Source: Treponemataceae bacterium
GTDB taxonomy: Bacteria > Spirochaetota > Spirochaetia > Treponematales > Breznakiellaceae
NCBI GenBank assembly: GCA_041666155.1
Contig: JBAYHM010000001.1
Coordinates: forward strand, 1-46,527
Direction of reading: 5' to 3'
Length of the DNA: 46,527 nt
In this document: in pieces, positions 42,282-46,527 of the stretch
Layout of the letters: each line of letters begins with the position of its first letter
Position numbering within the stretch: the first letter of the stretch is position 1
The notes under the pieces: model-generated
The model's input: the letters and a program-made list of their open reading frames with translations, nothing else
What the model was told of the DNA's origin: nothing
Database searches by the model: none
Translations under genes and position numbers: made by a program

Positions 42282-43412
42282 ATGAGCGTACTGGAATTCG
42301 CCGCCGATTTCGCAACCCTAGTCTCCCGTTCCGCGATCGCGCCCGGTAGACCTCTTAGGTGGACCATCATCGCGAATCCAAGCGCGGGCGGATTCACTAT
42401 TCGCTCTCGTTGGAACAAACACCGCGAAACGCTCCGCGCGCACGCGGAAAACGCGCTCCGCAAGCCCGCGCGCGCCGGCGGCGCGGCACCCTCACTCACC
42501 GCTCGGGAACTGGACTCAGGAGACGGCGGACTCGGCGCTCTCGGCCTGATCGCGACGACGGGCCCCAAACACGCCGGTGAAATCGTTCGCGCTCTTTTGG
42601 ACGAAGTTGCCGCCGAAACGCCGGATGCGACGACCGGGGCTTTGCCGCTCCACCTGCTGGCGACCGCGGGCGGCGACGGCACAAGCTTGGAAGCGTTGAC
42701 CGTCCTGTTTGAGGCGGCCCCCGCCCTTCGCTCCCGCTTCGCGGTTCTGCGTCTGCCCATGGGGACGGGCAACGACGGCGCGGACTTCCGGGAACTTTCG
42801 GACGCCTTGGACCTTGTCGCGGAACCTTCCCGAATTGAATTCGGCCGCGCCGTAACGCTTTCCACTTCCACGAGCGGCAAAGGGCCTTTCATAGCGTTCA
42901 ATATTCTCTCAATAGGCTTGGACGCGTTCGTGACGCATATGACCAACCGCATGAAAGGCAAAATGCCGGGAGATTCGTACAAACTCTGGGTGGACATCGC
43001 GACGCTGTTTTATGACAAGGTGTACGCCGTGGAGCCGATGACGGTTGTACCCTACGACCAAAATGGGCATGCGCTAACGGCCTTTACCGACCGGCTGCTT
43101 CTCCTGGCCTTCGGCGCGTCGGGGCACCGGACCTACGGATCCAACAAACTGATTCTCCCAAACGACCACAACGTCTGCGCGGTTTCTCAGATGCCGCTAT
43201 TGAAAAAGATTTCTCTGAAACCGCTCTTGTTGTCGGGGAAGCACGCGGAGCTGCCTGATGTCCGCTTATTCACCACGCCCCGCGTTGATATCAGCTATAA
43301 CCAGCCTATTCTGGCCCAGATGGACGGAGAATCCGTATTGATCGAACCGGGCGATTTCCCGATATCGATCGCCCTTTCCGAGCCGGCGATCCCGGCGCTC
43401 AAGGCTATTTGA
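42282..43412 (+). CDS. Diacylglycerol/lipid kinase catalytic-domain protein (YegS/LCB5 family)
   Basis: WTIIANPSAGG, then an Ala/Gly-rich insert, then ATAGGDGTSLEA (GGDGT motif) and LPMGTGNDGA. The start is uncertain (ATG 42282 or 42264); the track start at 42024 lies antisense inside the GyrI-like gene. Confidence 0.7.
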   Translation: MSVLEFAADFATLVSRSAIAPGRPLRWTIIANPSAGGFTIRSRWNKHRETLRAHAENALRKPARAGGAAPSLTARELDSGDGGLGALGLIATTGPKHAGEIVRALLDEVAAETPDATTGALPLHLLATAGGDGTSLEALTVLFEAAPALRSRFAVLRLPMGTGNDGADFRELSDALDLVAEPSRIEFGRAVTLSTSTSGKGPFIAFNILSIGLDAFVTHMTNRMKGKMPGDSYKLWVDIATLFYDKVYAVEPMTVVPYDQNGHALTAFTDRLLLLAFGASGHRTYGSNKLILPNDHNVCAVSQMPLLKKISLKPLLLSGKHAELPDVRLFTTPRVDISYNQPILAQMDGESVLIEPGDFPISIALSEPAIPALKAI

Positions 43413-43681
43413 CGGACACGCGCTTCGAATGCCGTTCCGGCTGCGGCGCCTGCTGCATCGCGCCCTCGTTATCCAGCGCGACGGCGCTCATGCCGAAAGG
43501 CAAAGCGGCGGGAGTTCCCTGCCCACACCTGACTGACGATTTCCGTTGCGACATTTTTGGAAAAAGCGAACGCCCCGCAGTCTGCGGATCGCTCAATGCC
43601 TCGAAAGAAATGTGCGGCGCAACGAGGGAAGAGGCGCTGGCCTACTTGTCCAAACTGGAAGAGCTTACCAAGCCTTTATGA
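43409..43681 (+). CDS. YkgJ-family cysteine-cluster protein
   Basis: 90 aa with the N-terminal CRSGCGACC cluster plus later CPHL..C and C..C. The TTG start overlaps the stop of the kinase gene. Confidence 0.6.
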   Translation: MTDTRFECRSGCGACCIAPSLSSATALMPKGKAAGVPCPHLTDDFRCDIFGKSERPAVCGSLNASKEMCGATREEALAYLSKLEELTKPL

Positions 43682-44773
43682 TTCCACCGGCAACAGACGG
43701 ACGCGGTCGGGATTGAAACCGACTGAAACCGAGGCGCCCTCGGCATACACTTTCTTTGATGTCGGATCATCGATCTGAACCAGAAGCTCTCCGTACGCGC
43801 TATCCACGAAACTTTCGATGCTGTTGCCCAAGTACACGTTCATGCGCACTTTCCCCTCAATATGGCCGGCGCCGCTTTCACCAAGCCGGAGCGATTCGGG
43901 CCGCGCCATGAGCGTCGCTTTGCCGGTCGTTCCAACGCCCGCGGCCGCGCGCGCGACGTGGATGTTTTTACCTTCAAGGCGGCACTCCCGCGCGCCGTCC
44001 GATCCGCCGACAACGTCCACCGGAAAGAACGCGACCTTGCCGACGAAACCCGCGACGAATTTTGAATTCGGATTCTCGTAAATTTCCGAGGGGCTCCCGA
44101 TCTGCTTGATCTCACCGTCCTTCATGACGATGACGCGGTCGGACAGGCTCATCGCCTCCACCCGGTCGTGCGTGACGTAGACGGCGGTGATCCCGAGCGA
44201 TTTCTGGATACGGCGGATTTCAATGCGCATTTGTTCGCGCAGCAACGCGTCCAGGTTGGATAGGGGCTCGTCCAGGAGCAGAACCGCGGGTTCGACGATG
44301 AGGCTGCGCGCGAGCGCGACCCGCTGCTGCTGGCCGCCCGAGAGCCGCCCCGGCGCGCGGTCGCCGAGGTCGGAAAGACCGACCAGCGCGAGCGTTTCGG
44401 CGACCTTTTTCTCAATCTCCGCCTTGGGCAATTTTCGTAGTTTCAGACCGTAAGCCACGTTGTCCGCCACGGTCATATGGGGAAAAAGGCCGTAGCTCTG
44501 GAAGACCGTCGCGGTGTCCCGCTTGTTGGGCGGCAGCTGCGTCACGTCCTCCGATCCGATCAGAATACGCCCCGCGGTTGGGAGTTCGAAGCCCGCGATC
44601 ATACGCAGCGTGGTCGTCTTCCCGCAACCCGAAGGTCCGAGCAGCGTCACCAGCTCCCCGGGAGCGACGACAAAATCCGAGGCGTGCACGGCGATGACGT
44701 CCGCTTTCCCTTTTGTATTCTTGAATCGTTTGGTGACGCCTTCAAGGGTCACCGATACGCTGTTCTTTGCCAT
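43676..44773 (-). CDS. ABC transporter ATP-binding protein (PotA/FbpC-type importer ATPase)
   Basis: 365 aa. It has Walker A GPSGCGKTT, the signature LSGGQQQRVALAR, Walker B LLLDEPLS, and a C-terminal TOBE-like regulatory domain. Confidence 0.9.
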   Translation of the reverse strand: MAKNSVSVTLEGVTKRFKNTKGKADVIAVHASDFVVAPGELVTLLGPSGCGKTTTLRMIAGFELPTAGRILIGSEDVTQLPPNKRDTATVFQSYGLFPHMTVADNVAYGLKLRKLPKAEIEKKVAETLALVGLSDLGDRAPGRLSGGQQQRVALARSLIVEPAVLLLDEPLSNLDALLREQMRIEIRRIQKSLGITAVYVTHDRVEAMSLSDRVIVMKDGEIKQIGSPSEIYENPNSKFVAGFVGKVAFFPVDVVGGSDGARECRLEGKNIHVARAAAGVGTTGKATLMARPESLRLGESGAGHIEGKVRMNVYLGNSIESFVDSAYGELLVQIDDPTSKKVYAEGASVSVGFNPDRVRLLPVES

Positions 44774-44787
44774 ATTTTGCGGCTCCT

Positions 44788-46527
44788 CTAATTCGAAACG
44801 GACTTTTCGGTGAGACCTTCATCCCGCACCAGAAGGCGCATGATACCGAAAGCGGCGAGCACGATGACGATCAAGGCCGTCGCAAGGACGCTCGCCAAAC
44901 CGAATCGAAGATTTTCCGAAAAATTGTAGATTTGTACCGTCAGGTGGTACCATTTGGCGGAAATGAGGAAGATGATGGCGCTGACTGCCGTCATCGACCT
45001 GACGAAGGTGTACGACATGCTGGAGATGAATGCGGGCCTTATCAGCGGCAGCACGATGGTACGGAACACTGTCGGCGTGTCGGCGCCCAGGTCTTGCGCG
45101 GCTTCCTCGATCGATTGATCGATCTGGCGGAGCGACGCGGCGCCGGTCTCCAAGCCAACCGGTAGTTCGCGGATTACGTAGTTGATGACGATGATCGCCG
45201 CCGTGCCTACCAAAAGGAAGGGCGGGCGGTTAAACGCCAGGATATAGCTGATACCGATAAGCGTTCCCGGCACCGCGAAGGGTGTCATCAGGAGCGCTTC
45301 CAGCGCACGCTTGGCGATAAAGGACTTGCGCACCAAAAGAAGCGCGGCGCCCATCGCCAAGAGCCCCGCGATCGGCGTGGCCATCACCGCGAGCGTCACG
45401 GTGCTCTTGATCGCCTGGGATCCCCGAGACAATGCTTCGCCGATATTCGAAAGCGTAAAGGAATAGTCGATACCCCAGTTTTTCACGAAACAGCCGGCCA
45501 CAATCGTCCCATAGAGGGCGATGATGAAGAACAGGCACAGACCGACGAACGCCATCAGCGCGAAACGAACGGGCTTGGAAGCAAGTTCGGTGAGCCTTGT
45601 CGAAGGCTTTCCCGTCACGGTCACGAAGCTCTTGCGGCTGACCCAGTAGCGCTGCGCGAAGAACGCCGTGAGCGTCGGCAATAACAGCAGCAGAGAAAGG
45701 GCCGCTCCACCGCCAAGGTTGCTCCGTCCGGTCACCTCTATGTAGGCTTCAACCGAAAGCACCCGGTAGGATCCGGCCAAAAGCAGCGGATTGGCGAAGT
45801 CCGCCAAAGAATTGGTGAACACCAAAAGCCAGGCGGAAAGCACGCCCGGCATCGCGAGCGGCAAGGTAATCGTCATAAAGGTGCGCAGACGCGAAGCTTG
45901 AAGATCCAGTGCCGCGTCTTCCACCGTGGAATCGATCGATTTGAGCACGCTGGAGAGCGTGAGGTAGGCGATGGGGAACATTCCGATGGTTTGAACCAGC
46001 ACGAGTCCGCCCAGGCCGTAAATGGAAAAGTCCTGCCACGCGAGCAAGCGGCGGGTGATGAGGCCGTTATTTCCGAACAGGAGAATGATGGAAAGCGTGA
46101 GCGAGAACGGGGGGGAGATGACCGGCATGGTCGCCAGCGTCGCGATGGTTTTTTTGCCGCCGACGGAGGTTCGCTCGGTCAGGAACGCGAACGCGAAACC
46201 AATTATGGTAGAGATCGTCGCCGTCCATATCCCCAGCCGCATCGACCCCCACAGCGCGACGAGATACCGCGGCGATATGGTCGTTTGCCAGACTTCCCAG
46301 GTAAAAGCGCCGTCCTTGATGAAGGTCAGGCGCACGGATTCGAACAAAGGATACGCGATGAATATAAGGGCGATGGTGAATAAGCCGGCTACGCCGAAGC
46401 CGGTGGCCGGGTCACGCGACAGTGTCGCCACGGCAAAAATCGTAGCAAAGAGAGCAAGGGCGATCAGAGCGAAGGTCAGCAGCAGCGTTTCAAAACGGGC
46501 GGAGGAGGTTCCGGACGCGACCAACAT
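44788..46527 (-). CDS. ABC transporter permease, fused double-TMD type (FbpB/iron(III)- or polyamine-type); 5' end at or beyond the window edge
   Basis: At least 579 aa, polytopic, with two EAA-like loops (EDAALDLQASRLRTFMTITLPL and EEAAQDLGADTPTVFRTIVLPL). The ORF reaches the last base of the window, so the true start cannot be confirmed. Confidence 0.8.
   Translation of the reverse strand: MLVASGTSSARFETLLLTFALIALALFATIFAVATLSRDPATGFGVAGLFTIALIFIAYPLFESVRLTFIKDGAFTWEVWQTTISPRYLVALWGSMRLGIWTATISTIIGFAFAFLTERTSVGGKKTIATLATMPVISPPFSLTLSIILLFGNNGLITRRLLAWQDFSIYGLGGLVLVQTIGMFPIAYLTLSSVLKSIDSTVEDAALDLQASRLRTFMTITLPLAMPGVLSAWLLVFTNSLADFANPLLLAGSYRVLSVEAYIEVTGRSNLGGGAALSLLLLLPTLTAFFAQRYWVSRKSFVTVTGKPSTRLTELASKPVRFALMAFVGLCLFFIIALYGTIVAGCFVKNWGIDYSFTLSNIGEALSRGSQAIKSTVTLAVMATPIAGLLAMGAALLLVRKSFIAKRALEALLMTPFAVPGTLIGISYILAFNRPPFLLVGTAAIIVINYVIRELPVGLETGAASLRQIDQSIEEAAQDLGADTPTVFRTIVLPLIRPAFISSMSYTFVRSMTAVSAIIFLISAKWYHLTVQIYNFSENLRFGLASVLATALIVIVLAAFGIMRLLVRDEGLTEKSVSN

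Noticed and set aside
42182-42997. N-terminal 270 codons of the 427-aa minus-strand track ORF (41714-42997).
   Set aside because: This part is Ala/Ser/Arg-rich and antisense to the GGDGT lipid kinase gene. A strong AGGAGGAGG RBS precedes the internal ATG at 42181, which starts a complete GyrI-like domain.
1-46527. CRISPR arrays, rRNA genes, integrase/recombinase, reverse transcriptase, restriction-modification or phage structural genes.
   Set aside because: I looked for regularly spaced direct repeats and for the corresponding protein motifs in all listed ORFs, and none was seen. The only short repeats are the hip operators and the tRNA-related palindrome.

Overview
46.5 kb of a GC-rich bacterial chromosome. 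The gene content (multi-TM MCP, OmpA-like protein, beta-propeller/Y_Y_Y hybrid kinase, loose lipoboxes) fits a spirochaete-like anaerobe, but this is only a weak inference. I support about 45 protein genes, one tRNA (anticodon CAT), one preQ1-I riboswitch, one decayed IS transposase remnant and several regulatory hairpins and operators. Left to right: a partial VWA protein; riboswitch-controlled yhhQ; an AraC-sensor/ABC sugar-uptake locus ending in a URO-D-like and an ADP-ribosylglycohydrolase-like enzyme; an IS scar; an MCP; a minus-strand housekeeping string (DUF2178-like, XRE, rsmE, SprT-like, secreted protein); an M29 aminopeptidase; an acyl-CoA synthetase / response regulator / 1.3-kaa hybrid kinase operon; a CBS-DHp mini-protein; a tripartite hipB-hipS-hipT toxin-antitoxin module with three evenly spaced palindromic operators; a split-transketolase/SCP2-like/Zn-dehydrogenase/long-MerR operon. 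Next comes a compositionally mosaic accessory stretch (31.3-36.9 kb) abutting the tRNA. It holds two low-GC lipoprotein genes, a PRMT-like and a second methyltransferase, a 5'-truncated phosphatase, and a cysteine hydrolase/WYL regulator pair. It ends in an inverted partial copy of the tRNA 3' end plus a long hairpin. The window finishes with OmpA-like, prs-FGGY kinase-HAD, GyrI-like, lipid kinase, YkgJ and part of an ABC importer. I saw no CRISPR array, rRNA, integrase or phage structural genes. I did not find an unambiguous wholly new multi-gene system. The best follow-up candidates are the hipBST module and its operator array, the response regulator with a Cys4-type C-terminal domain, the bacterial PRMT-like enzyme, the low-GC lipoprotein pair and the tRNA-proximal palindrome. 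All homology statements come from motif recognition by eye; no searches were run.
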